Source: Omnitrophica WOR_2 bacterium RIFCSPHIGHO2_02_FULL_48_11
Lineage (GTDB): Bacteria > Omnitrophota > Gorgyraeia > Zapsychrales > GWA2-47-8
Assembly (NCBI GenBank): GCA_001805615.1
Contig: MHGP01000057.1
Coordinates: forward strand, 40,824 to 79,331
DNA length: 38,508 bases
Reading direction: 5' to 3'
Positions within the stretch are counted from its first letter, which is position 1; each line of letters starts with the position of its first letter. This document shows positions 28,838 through 37,624 of this stretch, in pieces. The position numbers were made by a program, and so were the translations under genes. The notes below the pieces were generated by a model. The model worked only from the letters and a program-made list of their open reading frames with translations. It did not search any database and was not told where the DNA came from.

Positions 28838-29482
28838 TTACGATTTTGATTTTATTAAAATGTTTTTAAACCGTTGTGTTCTTTGCGACACATTTTCCGC
28901 CAAACAAATATCCCGGCAAACCGCCACTCTCCCGATACCGGCTACCTGCAATTGCCGCACATTGCCCACCTTGATGCCGCCGATCGCAAAAACAGGAATG
29001 CTTGCTTCCTTGACCACGCGCTGCAACAATCGCAGATCCATAGGCGCCCGGTCAGGTTTGGTGAGTGTCTTGAACACCGAACCAAATCCGATATAATCCG
29101 CTCCGACACGCTGGGCCTGCCGAACCTGGGCAAGCGTCTGGCAAGACGTCCCCAGAATGGCCTTGGCCCCGAGCCTGCTGCGCGCTGTTGTAATAGGGAT
29201 ATCCTCCTGCCCGAGATGAACGCCGTCCGCCGCAACGATCAGCGCCAAGTCAACCCGGTCGTTGATAATATACGGTACGCGTCCGCGCAAAAATCGCAAG
29301 GCCTGCTTCGAGAACGCCAAAATGTCCCTGGCCGTTCCCTTTTTATCGCGCAGCTGCACGATATCCACACCTGCCTGAACGGATTGTTTCAGTATTTCAA
29401 AGAGCTTCTCGTACGTGCCAACATCCCGGTCCAGAATCAAATAAAGCTTAGCGTCGTTCAACGATTTCTTTTTCCAGGGCAT
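28838..29482 (-). CDS. thiE: Thiamine-phosphate synthase
   Basis: VQLRDK, IINDRVD, DGVHLGQED, DYIGFG, TLTKP, AIGGI. Confidence 0.95.
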   Translation of the reverse strand: MPWKKKSLNDAKLYLILDRDVGTYEKLFEILKQSVQAGVDIVQLRDKKGTARDILAFSKQALRFLRGRVPYIINDRVDLALIVAADGVHLGQEDIPITTARSRLGAKAILGTSCQTLAQVRQAQRVGADYIGFGSVFKTLTKPDRAPMDLRLLQRVVKEASIPVFAIGGIKVGNVRQLQVAGIGRVAVCRDICLAENVSQRTQRFKNILIKSKS

Positions 29483-29864
29483 ACAGCTGATACCGCAACC
29501 TTTTTAATTCCGGTGCTAATTTTGTATCCAATAATTTTGTAAATTCTTCCAAGACCCGCACGGATTCCTTAACCCGCTGAGAATTCGCATAAAAAACATC
29601 GCCGATGCCTTGCCGCCTCAATTCTGCCGGAATTGTTTTTTTGCCGACATCTCCCGCAATATCCCGCGACCGGATAATGTTCAGAATCTTTAAGCCGGCG
29701 ATGACCTCGGTCAAGCGATGCCGGATGACCTTATACCGCCGGGTCAATTTGGGATCATCATAAATAAACCGGCAAACATCTTCGCAGACCCGCAAGCCTT
29801 CTTTCGCCCGATTAAAATTGGCATCGATGGTGCGCTGCAGTTGGGTTACCGTTTTCTTTTGCAC
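29448..29864 (-). CDS. ThiD2-like protein (N-terminal domain of long cyanobacterial-type ThiE)
   Basis: RTIDANFNRAKEGLRVCED...ANSQRVKESVRVLEE...LRYQLYALEK internal duplication. Confidence 0.88.
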   Translation of the reverse strand: MQKKTVTQLQRTIDANFNRAKEGLRVCEDVCRFIYDDPKLTRRYKVIRHRLTEVIAGLKILNIIRSRDIAGDVGKKTIPAELRRQGIGDVFYANSQRVKESVRVLEEFTKLLDTKLAPELKRLRYQLYALEKEIVERR

Positions 29865-30340
29865 TTTTCAAGGATCGATTCGATAATTTGGGTGGTGGAA
29901 AGGCCCGGAACATATTCGAGCAATTCCAGCTTGCCACCGTTTTTCTTGACCACGTCATAGCCCACGACTTCTTCAGTTTTCCAATCCGCCCCTTTGATCA
30001 AAATGTCAGGCTTCAGCGCCTTGATCAATTCGTAAGGAGTATCTTCATCAAAGATCGTCACATAATCCACGCACTGCAAAGCCGCCAAAAGCCGCGCCCG
30101 GTACCCTTCAGCCACAATCGGACGCTGAGGCCCTTTGATAGTGCGCACCGATTTGTCACTGTTGAGGCCGACGATCAGGATACGATCATTTTTTCTGGCC
30201 GCTTCCAAATAACTGATATGCCCTGCGTGTAAAATATCAAAACAGCCGTTGGTAAAAGTAATTTTTTTCCCGGCTTTACGCTGCTGAGCAATGATCTTCT
30301 TCAGTGCCTTGACCGTAAGTATTTTCGTTTTAGTATCCAC
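29846..30340 (-). CDS. rfaE2: D-glycero-beta-D-manno-heptose 1-phosphate adenylyltransferase (stand-alone RfaE domain II)
   Basis: FTNGCFDILHAGH, VGLNSDKSV, KGADW, STTQII. Confidence 0.93.
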   Translation of the reverse strand: MDTKTKILTVKALKKIIAQQRKAGKKITFTNGCFDILHAGHISYLEAARKNDRILIVGLNSDKSVRTIKGPQRPIVAEGYRARLLAALQCVDYVTIFDEDTPYELIKALKPDILIKGADWKTEEVVGYDVVKKNGGKLELLEYVPGLSTTQIIESILEKCKRKR

Positions 30341-30360
30341 AGGACATGCTGACTCAAAGA

Positions 30361-30933
30361 CTATGAACGCACAAATTTTGCTTCCACCAATTCACAGATC
30401 ACATGCGCCAGGCAAATATGCGACTCCTGGATCCGCGCTGTCACCTGCGAAGGAACGATCAATTTGATGTCACTCGCTTGGGCGACTTCGTTCCCCCCGC
30501 ACCCGGTCAACGATAAAGTTTTTAATCCCATCTTTTTTGCTTGTTTAAGGCCGGCGATGACATTCTTGGACCGCCCGCTGGTGGAAATACCGATTGCCAT
30601 ATCTTTGGGACGGCCCAGGCCTTCAATCTGCCGCGAAAAGATACATTCAAAACCGTAATCATTTCCCAGCGCCGTCAAGATAGACGTATCGGTCGTCAGC
30701 GCAATCGCCGGTAAGGATTGCCGCTCTTTCTGAAATCGGCCGATAAACTCCGCGGCGATGTGCTGGCTGTCAGCGGCCGAACCGCCATTGCCGAACAACA
30801 GAACTTTTCCGTTATTTTTTAAGGTTTCAGTGATTTCCTCGACCGCCTTGATGATCGCCGGAAGATTTGCCTTGAGGGTCGCTTCTTTGACCTGAACGGA
30901 TTCCTTGAAAATTTTTTCGATGGCTTCTTTCAT
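30361..30933 (-). CDS. gmhA: Phosphoheptose isomerase
   Basis: GNGGSAADSQHIAAE, NDYG, ISTSG, RIQESH. Confidence 0.95.
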   Translation of the reverse strand: MKEAIEKIFKESVQVKEATLKANLPAIIKAVEEITETLKNNGKVLLFGNGGSAADSQHIAAEFIGRFQKERQSLPAIALTTDTSILTALGNDYGFECIFSRQIEGLGRPKDMAIGISTSGRSKNVIAGLKQAKKMGLKTLSLTGCGGNEVAQASDIKLIVPSQVTARIQESHICLAHVICELVEAKFVRS

Positions 30934-30942
30934 AAAATAACT

Positions 30943-31959
30943 TTAGGCAGAAAATACCTTGGACATTTCGTAGAGGTCCATATCAATTGTTTTACGTTTT
31001 TTAACAGCCTCTTCAATATCGACGTAATGCAGTTTATTATCCCGCAGGCTCACCATTTTGCCGAACTTTCCTTCTTTGACAAGTTCGACCGCCTTGACGC
31101 CGAACTGGGTTCCGATCAAGCGGTCATACGCCGTGGGAGTACCGCCGCGCTGAATATGTCCCAAAACGCTCACGCGTGTCTCATAACCCGTATTCTCTTC
31201 GATCGCTTTGGCGACCATCTCGCTGACATTCCCGAACCGCCGGCGTTCGACTTCCGTACGTTTATCAAGGTAACCGATGATCTTAGCCCCTTCCGAAACA
31301 ATAATAATACTGAAAGACTTTCCCCGCTGATGCCGGCGCTTCAGCGAATCGCACACTTCCTGAATATTGATAGGAAATTCCGGAACCAAAATAATATCCG
31401 CACCCCCGGCAATGCCAGCTTCCAACGCGATCCAGCCGGTGTAACGGCCCATGACCTCAACGACCATGATACGGTGATGGCTCTCGGCAGTCGTGTGCAA
31501 ACGGTCAATGCATTCGGTGGCAATATTCACCGCCGTGTCAAACCCAAACGCATAATCGGTCCCCGACAAAGCATTGTCAATGGACTTCGGCACACCCACG
31601 ACCCGGATGCGGCCTTCTTCATGAAGGGTGAGGGCGATCTTCAGTGTTTCCTCTCCCCCCACGGCGATCAAGGCATCGATACCGCCGCGCTTATAATTTT
31701 CCGTGATCTGTTTGATCTGTTCTGCATTTTCGAGAGGGTTGATACGGCTGGTCCCCAGGATAGTACCGCCGCGGTCCAAGATCCCGGAGGTCAAACGTAA
31801 ATCCAAAATCCGCATATCATTCTCAACGAGGCCTAACCACCCGTTCTTGATCCCGGTCACCACATATCCTTCGATCATGCCTTTACGGACAACCGCACGG
31901 ATGACGGAGTTGAGCCCGGGGCAGTCAGCTCCACCGGTTAAGATAGCAATTTTCTTCAT
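30943..31959 (-). CDS. pfkA: Phosphofructokinase (PfkA family, group III-like, atypical motifs)
   Basis: DCPGLN, GGTILGTSR, PKSIDN, EVMGR, LGHIQRGG. Confidence 0.9.
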   Translation of the reverse strand: MKKIAILTGGADCPGLNSVIRAVVRKGMIEGYVVTGIKNGWLGLVENDMRILDLRLTSGILDRGGTILGTSRINPLENAEQIKQITENYKRGGIDALIAVGGEETLKIALTLHEEGRIRVVGVPKSIDNALSGTDYAFGFDTAVNIATECIDRLHTTAESHHRIMVVEVMGRYTGWIALEAGIAGGADIILVPEFPINIQEVCDSLKRRHQRGKSFSIIIVSEGAKIIGYLDKRTEVERRRFGNVSEMVAKAIEENTGYETRVSVLGHIQRGGTPTAYDRLIGTQFGVKAVELVKEGKFGKMVSLRDNKLHYVDIEEAVKKRKTIDMDLYEMSKVFSA

Positions 31960-31971
31960 GACACCTTCTCT

Positions 31972-32571
31972 TTAGGCCCGATAGCCTTGAAACGGCATAC
32001 TACGTTCGGGAGTCGTCTTTTCGAATGATTTTGTCTTGATGTCATCCGTAGTGATTTTCATAACATGCATACGGACATTGACCGGTTCTTCCAAACCGAT
32101 CGTATCCTGAATCTTCCGCCGGATCGCTTCCTGCAAATTGGCGGTAACGTCCGGAATATTGACGTCTGATTTTAAGGTCAATTGGGTGGAAACATCCAAC
32201 CCCCGCTTGGTGGCAATAATATTTGTTTTGATTTCTTTGACTTCCGGGGAACGCAAGACCACCCGCCGCACCAAATCTTCCATCGCCATCAAGGACACCG
32301 TAACCCGTCCGGAAGGATTGTCAAACGCGATGGTCTTTTCCCGCTGTTTACGGTCCGAAATGGCTTGGGCATAAATAAAATTCTTAAGCAACAGGACTAG
32401 GGCCACAATCCCCAAAATAATCCGCAGATTATGATCCGTATAAGCAATTCTCAAAACATTCACCAGATAAGAGAAATCCAGCAGATTGAGGACAAAAAGC
32501 AGCATAAAGCATCCCACGAATAGAATGATCGTCACATAAAATAAAACAGCCAAATGGGTCAGCAGCTTCAT
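31972..32571 (-). CDS. amaP: AmaP-like alkaline-shock membrane anchor
   Basis: Two N-terminal TMs, GRVTVSLMAMEDLV, Asp23-like C-terminus; overlaps the Asp23 gene stop. Confidence 0.8.
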   Translation of the reverse strand: MKLLTHLAVLFYVTIILFVGCFMLLFVLNLLDFSYLVNVLRIAYTDHNLRIILGIVALVLLLKNFIYAQAISDRKQREKTIAFDNPSGRVTVSLMAMEDLVRRVVLRSPEVKEIKTNIIATKRGLDVSTQLTLKSDVNIPDVTANLQEAIRRKIQDTIGLEEPVNVRMHVMKITTDDIKTKSFEKTTPERSMPFQGYRA

Positions 32572-32924
32572 AGTCCCTCCCTCTCTATCCCCTGAATATT
32601 AACAGTAATATCTTTTAAATTAAGATCAATCGTCTTTTCGACCGCGGAGCGGACAACATCCTGAACTTCGCGCGCGATCTCCGGGACATTCAGGCCGTAG
32701 CGGACAACGATCTTTAGCTCAACCGAAACCTGGTTGCTCTCATCGACCGTCACGACAATGCCGGAATAATTCTTCCCGCCCAGCAATTCCCAAAGGCTGT
32801 CCTTAAAATCATTCTCGATCAGGCGCACGCCGTCGATATCGCGGATCGCAGAGTTCGCGATATCCGCTAACGCCCGCTTATGAACTTGCACCGTTCCTAA
32901 ATCAATTTCTTGTTCGCGATTCAT
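32568..32924 (-). CDS. Asp23/Gls24 (YqhY-like) protein
   Basis: LGTVQV...IA...IDGV, VRYGLNVPEIAREVQDVV...ITVNIQGI. Confidence 0.9.
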   Translation of the reverse strand: MNREQEIDLGTVQVHKRALADIANSAIRDIDGVRLIENDFKDSLWELLGGKNYSGIVVTVDESNQVSVELKIVVRYGLNVPEIAREVQDVVRSAVEKTIDLNLKDITVNIQGIEREGL

Positions 32925-32949
32925 GTTTATCTCCTCACAAGGCCTTCCA

Positions 32950-32978
32950 ATTATACCAGACCTTACCGTTTGGTATAA
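32950..32978 (-). promoter_or_regulatory. Extended -10 embedded in an inverted repeat upstream of the Asp23 gene
   Basis: TTATACCA (32951-32958) / TGGTATAA (32971-32978); TGGTATAAT on -. Confidence 0.55.
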
Positions 32979-32980
32979 AA

Positions 32981-34342
32981 TTATTTGCGGGTCTCACTCT
33001 CGTCCTTCATGATCTTTTCCAAGAAATGCGTGGACACTTCCCCGTCTAAAAACATGCGGTTATCCAAAATTTGCGAATGCAGACCGATCGTTGTTTTTAT
33101 GGGAGAGATATGAAACTCTTCCAAAGCCCTTTTCATGATTTTGATCGCGTCGTTGCGATCTTTGCCGTGCACGATCAATTTGGCCAGCATCGAATCATAG
33201 TAAGGGCTGATCGTATAGCCCGAATAAATATGCGTGTCCAGGCGCACGCCGCGTCCTCCCGGGAGATGCAAGAATTCGATCTTCCCCGGTGAAGGCATGA
33301 ATTTATTTTCCGGGTCTTCGGCATTGATGCGGCATTCAATGGCATGACCTTCCATCTTCACGTCCTCCTGGCGGATCTTAAGTTTTTCTCCCGCCGCCAT
33401 CCGGATCTGTTCTTTAATCAAATCGATGCCGGTGACCATCTCGGTGACCGGATGCTCCACCTGGATCCGCGTGTTCATCTCCATAAAATAAAATTCGCCG
33501 TTCTTATCCAACAGGAATTCAATGGTTCCCACCCCGTGATAGTTGACCGCCTTAGCGGCTTTGACCGCAATATCCCCCATTTTTTTGCGAAGCTTGCTGT
33601 CCAAAGCCGGGGAAGGAGCTTCCTCCAAAAGTTTTTGATGCCGCCGCTGAATGCTGCAATCCCGTTCGCCCAAATGAATAACGTGCCCGTGCTTGTCCGC
33701 CAGGATTTGAAATTCCACATGGCACGGATCAGAAATATATTTTTCGATATACACATCGGCCTTGCCGAAATTGGCCTCGGCCTCTTTTTGCGCCATTGCA
33801 AATGAACTGACCAGGGTGACATCGTTATGACAGACCCGCATTCCTTTTCCGCCACCGCCGGCCGCGGCCTTGATGATCACCGGATACTTTAATTTCTTGG
33901 CAACATCCAGCGCCTCTTCTTTGGACTGGATAACACCTTTTCCACCGGGCGTTAAAGGAACGCCGATTTTACGCACCGTTTCTTTGGCCATAATTTTATC
34001 CCCCATCGCCCGGATCGATTCCGGGGACGGACCGATGAAGGTGATATTGCAGGATTCACAAATTTCCGCAAAATGCGCGTTTTCAGAAAGAAACCCATAT
34101 CCGGGATGAATGGCATCGACGTTGGCGATCTCCGCAGCGGAAATAATGGCGGGAATATTTAAATAACTATCGGCACTGGGGGCAGGGCCGATACAAATGG
34201 CCTCGTCCGCCAGCTGCACATGCAGCGACTCGCGGTCCACCTTGGAGTAAACCGCCACGGTGCGGATATTCATTTCCTTACACGCTCGGATCACCCGGAC
34301 CGCAATTTCGCCGCGATTGGCTATTAAAATTTTTGTGAACAT
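32981..34342 (-). CDS. accC: Acetyl-CoA carboxylase biotin carboxylase
   Basis: [49 protein letters not shown]. Confidence 0.98.
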   Translation of the reverse strand: MFTKILIANRGEIAVRVIRACKEMNIRTVAVYSKVDRESLHVQLADEAICIGPAPSADSYLNIPAIISAAEIANVDAIHPGYGFLSENAHFAEICESCNITFIGPSPESIRAMGDKIMAKETVRKIGVPLTPGGKGVIQSKEEALDVAKKLKYPVIIKAAAGGGGKGMRVCHNDVTLVSSFAMAQKEAEANFGKADVYIEKYISDPCHVEFQILADKHGHVIHLGERDCSIQRRHQKLLEEAPSPALDSKLRKKMGDIAVKAAKAVNYHGVGTIEFLLDKNGEFYFMEMNTRIQVEHPVTEMVTGIDLIKEQIRMAAGEKLKIRQEDVKMEGHAIECRINAEDPENKFMPSPGKIEFLHLPGGRGVRLDTHIYSGYTISPYYDSMLAKLIVHGKDRNDAIKIMKRALEEFHISPIKTTIGLHSQILDNRMFLDGEVSTHFLEKIMKDESETRK

Positions 34343-34429
34343 AAAATAAAAAAACGAAGGTTCTTGAAGTTAAAAATCCTTATCCCTCTTTTAGCTTCAC
34401 GCCTTCGCTAAGACCTTTCACACGTTAAA

Positions 34430-34888
34430 TTAAACAGGTTCGACAATAAATAATGTTTGACCGAATTCCACGGGTTCGGCATTCTCCACCGCTACCCTGA
34501 CAATTTTTCCTCTGACCTCCGATTTGATTTCATTCATTAATTTCATGGCCTCAACAATACAAACAACCTGCCCCACTTCGACCACTTGCCCGACCTCAAC
34601 AAACGGCGGGGCCTCCGGTGAAGGGGCGCGATAAAAGGTCCCTACCATGGGAGAGGCGATATCATTGGTCTTTTTATCAGCTGACGGAATCGTGGGCGAT
34701 TCGGCAGTTTTGGGGGAAAGCCCTTGGCTTTCAACGCGGTATTCTGGAAAAGGTCGAACAACAGAAGAAGAAATTTCTGAAGAGGATTTTTTGATCTTGA
34801 TCTTGGCTCCCTCACGCTCAACCTCAAGCTCCGTGAGATCGTTCTCATTCATGAGGTTGATCATTTCTTTGATTTCTTTTAGGTTCAT
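34430..34888 (-). CDS. accB: Biotin carboxyl carrier protein
   Basis: SPMVGTFYRAPSP, EAMKLMNEI. Confidence 0.98.
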   Translation of the reverse strand: MNLKEIKEMINLMNENDLTELEVEREGAKIKIKKSSSEISSSVVRPFPEYRVESQGLSPKTAESPTIPSADKKTNDIASPMVGTFYRAPSPEAPPFVEVGQVVEVGQVVCIVEAMKLMNEIKSEVRGKIVRVAVENAEPVEFGQTLFIVEPV

Positions 34889-35457
34889 TTTTGTACCCTT
34901 TCGACGTATTCACCACCGGTTCGAGTATCTATCTTGATCCAATCTCCTTTATTAATAAATAACGGGACATTGATCAGCGCGCCGGTATCAATCGTAGCTG
35001 GTTTATTACCAGAACGGCTCGAATCCCCGCGGATCCCCGGCTCTGTTCCCACGACTTGGCAGACCATAAAATTCGGCAAAGACATTCGCAGCACCTGGTG
35101 TTCATAACAAAGACCTATCACGCGCATATTCTCTTGCAATAACTTAATAAAATTTTCCTCCAGGTCCTTTGCCTGCATGGTCACCTGCTCATAACTTTCC
35201 TCGTCCATAAAATGGAACTCATCACCGGAGCGGTACTGGTACTGCATGCGACGCTCATCCAAAGGCACATCGTCCAACTTTTCGGCCGTCCGGTAGGTGC
35301 GTTCCAAAACATTGCCGGTTTTGACGCTCTTCATTTTGATCCGCACAAAGGCGCTTCCCTTCGCCGGTTTAACATGAACATACTCCCCAACAATATAAAT
35401 CTGACCGTCGATCAAAAGCCCCATGCCGGACTCGACTTCATTAATTGATATTGTCAC
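34885..35457 (-). CDS. efp: Elongation factor P
   Basis: HVKPAKGSAFVR, YQY...FHFMDEESYEQ, PGIRGDS, KPAT, VPLFI...IDTRTGGEYVER. Confidence 0.97.
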   Translation of the reverse strand: MTISINEVESGMGLLIDGQIYIVGEYVHVKPAKGSAFVRIKMKSVKTGNVLERTYRTAEKLDDVPLDERRMQYQYRSGDEFHFMDEESYEQVTMQAKDLEENFIKLLQENMRVIGLCYEHQVLRMSLPNFMVCQVVGTEPGIRGDSSRSGNKPATIDTGALINVPLFINKGDWIKIDTRTGGEYVERVQK

Positions 35458-36496
35458 TTAAAACCTCACACCCTTGTTTTGTTACTAAAACCATGTCCTC
35501 AATACGAATACCAAATTGGCCGGGAATATAGACCGCAGGTTCCACGGTGAATATCATATTTTCTTGAACAACCGCGGTGCTGGTCTGGGATATCCGAGGG
35601 TCTTCGTGGATTTCTAACCCTACCCCATGCCCCAAAGAATGGCCGAAATATTTCCCTAACCGTTTTTTTTCGAGATAGTTACGCGCCTCTTCATCGATCT
35701 TACAGGCGCGCGCTTTAGGCTGAATTTTAGCAATCGCTTTTAACTGTGCCGTCTTAACAGAATCATTGGCTCGGGTTATAAGCGGCGGTATTTTACCTAA
35801 AAAGAACATACGTGTCAAGTCAGACTTATAGCCGTTGACATCAATTCCCATATCAACCAGAACTATATCATTTTTCAGTATCTTACGATCAGTCACCTTG
35901 GCATGCGGCAAGGCCGAATTGGGCCCGCTGGCAATGATTGGGGCAAAAGAAAAACCGACTTTCTTGGATTTTACAAAATCCTCCAGGTGGCGCAGCAAAT
36001 CCCGTTCGCTGGCACCGGGTTTTATGTAATTCTTCAAGTACTTAAGGGCCTGGGCATGGATTGCAAGCGCCTGCCGGACAGATTGAATTTCTTTGGGCTG
36101 CTTGATCTGCCGCAATCCTTCCACCAAATTGTTGACTGCGGCCAAAGCAACTCCCTGCGGACACTGAATTTTAAGCCTTTTAAAACCAGCCAAGGAAATG
36201 TGCCGCTCATCAAAGCCGATACGCCTCATCTTATGTTGCCGGGCCAGTTGAAAAAGAGCCGTCGCCATGGATTTGGAGTAACGCACCACCGTAACCTCCT
36301 TGGGCAGGCCTTTTTTCGCTTCGTGCAGGTACCTAAAATCCGTGACATAAAACGATTTTCTCCGTCCTACGAGAAGCCACGATTCGCTGGCAGGAAAATT
36401 GGTCAAATACGCGATGTTGACATCCTGAGTGACCAGAAAGGCATCGATATCTTTCCGGTCAAAAAGGGCGGTCAATTTGGAAATAGGCGTTTTCAC
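35441..36496 (-). CDS. Xaa-Pro aminopeptidase (M24B)
   Basis: SALPH, DMG...YKSDLTR, HSLGHGVGLEIHE, TVEP, GIRIED. Confidence 0.95.
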   Translation of the reverse strand: MKTPISKLTALFDRKDIDAFLVTQDVNIAYLTNFPASESWLLVGRRKSFYVTDFRYLHEAKKGLPKEVTVVRYSKSMATALFQLARQHKMRRIGFDERHISLAGFKRLKIQCPQGVALAAVNNLVEGLRQIKQPKEIQSVRQALAIHAQALKYLKNYIKPGASERDLLRHLEDFVKSKKVGFSFAPIIASGPNSALPHAKVTDRKILKNDIVLVDMGIDVNGYKSDLTRMFFLGKIPPLITRANDSVKTAQLKAIAKIQPKARACKIDEEARNYLEKKRLGKYFGHSLGHGVGLEIHEDPRISQTSTAVVQENMIFTVEPAVYIPGQFGIRIEDMVLVTKQGCEVLSDNIN

Positions 36497-36530
36497 TTCA
36501 GATCAGATGAAATGTGGGTGATTAGGAATG

Positions 36531-36971
36531 TCAGTGTTTGAGTAAATTCACCAAAGCTTGCAGGCCGAGCAGATAACTGTCCACACCAAAACCGGAAATC
36601 TGCCCGGAGCTTACCGGCGCTATCAATGATTTATGGCGAAAATCTTCCCGGGAATGGATATTCGACAGATGCACCTCCACCGTGGGAAGTTTGACCGCAG
36701 AAATCGCATCGCGGATCGCAATACTGGTGTGAGTATACGCCGCAGGATTAATGAGAATCCCCCCTATCCCCTCTTTGGAAGATTTACCGATCGTATCAAC
36801 GATCTCGCCTTCATGATTGGATTGAAAGAACGTAAGCGTGACACCGCTCTTTTTGGCAACGTCTTCCAGTTTAGCATTGATTTCCGCCAGGGTGGCCGAA
36901 CCATAGATATCCTTCTCGCGCTGACCAAGCAGATTTAAATTGGGACCGTGGATGACTAGAATTTTATTCAC
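36531..36971 (-). CDS. aroQ: Type II 3-dehydroquinate dehydratase
   Basis: [40 protein letters not shown]; GTG start at 36971 with GGAG RBS. Confidence 0.97.
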   Translation of the reverse strand: MNKILVIHGPNLNLLGQREKDIYGSATLAEINAKLEDVAKKSGVTLTFFQSNHEGEIVDTIGKSSKEGIGGILINPAAYTHTSIAIRDAISAVKLPTVEVHLSNIHSREDFRHKSLIAPVSSGQISGFGVDSYLLGLQALVNLLKH

Positions 36972-36990
36972 ATGAGCTCCTTTGGGAGAA

Positions 36991-37146
36991 TTATTTTTCG
37001 GCCTGGTCAGCCAGCATAACCGGAATGCCGTCTTTGATCGGATATTTACGGCCGCAGGCACAGCAGACAATTTTATTCTCAGCCAGCTTAACGTCGCCTT
37101 GGCAGGCCGGACAAGCCAAGATCTCCAGCAGTTGCTTATCGATCAT
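36991..37146 (-). CDS. Trm112/YcaR-family protein, 51 aa (below the ORF-track cutoff)
   Basis: [51 protein letters not shown]; ATGA overlap with the upstream stop. Confidence 0.93.
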   Translation of the reverse strand: MIDKQLLEILACPACQGDVKLAENKIVCCACGRKYPIKDGIPVMLADQAEK

Positions 37147-37508
37147 TTTGCTTCTTTCTGAAAATGTTCCACATATTTCATCTGCAGTTCATACAGCGAC
37201 CCGTTCAAAAAATCGCTCTCCGGCTGGCTCAAATTCCCTTTGGTCTTTTCGCGGATCATCCCCAGCGTATCGATAAGAAATTTCGCCTGCGGCAGGTTCT
37301 TTTCCACTTTTTCCGTAAAAGGATTGGGGATCTCACCTAAAAAAATCATCGTCTGAAAAGCCAGGCTGGTCAGATAATTGATAAAACTGACTTCTGGGAC
37401 ATCTTTTAAATCTTCTGTAACAGGCGATTCGACGGATGGCTGGGCAGGATCCTTCTCCTTCTCAACCGATTCCTTCCAGCTCTCATCAACATGCTTTTCT
37501 CGTTCCAT
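37143..37508 (-). CDS. DUF1844-like protein
   Basis: VDESWK, F...SL..Q.MIFLGEIPNP, AKFLIDTLGMIREKTKGNL...LYELQMKYV; start 37508 or 37514. Confidence 0.85.
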   Translation of the reverse strand: MEREKHVDESWKESVEKEKDPAQPSVESPVTEDLKDVPEVSFINYLTSLAFQTMIFLGEIPNPFTEKVEKNLPQAKFLIDTLGMIREKTKGNLSQPESDFLNGSLYELQMKYVEHFQKEAK

Positions 37509-37562
37509 AACCATGTCCTTTGCGTAAAAATAACCAATAAAAATTCAAAAAACAATGAATTT

Positions 37563-37591
37563 AGAATAACACCGAAATTTTTCCTTGTCAA
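37563..37591 (-). promoter_or_regulatory. Sigma70-type promoter of the DUF1844...acc run
   Basis: TTGACA (37591-37586), 17 bp, TGn-TATTCT (37568-37563). Confidence 0.65.
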
Positions 37592-37624
37592 CACAGCGGC
37601 CACGGCGTCCCAATGGCAATTTCA

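Noticed and set aside
28700-28850. tRNA-Gly as an integration site for an island containing the ATPase/hydrolase cluster
   Set aside because: No integrase, and I saw no duplicated tRNA 3' end elsewhere in the window; the flanking genes are tightly packed and housekeeping-like.
28737-29096. + strand 119-aa ORF
   Set aside because: It is the antisense read of tRNA-Gly and thiE (GTGIEPAHSAWEAEILPLNYPR is a typical tRNA shadow).
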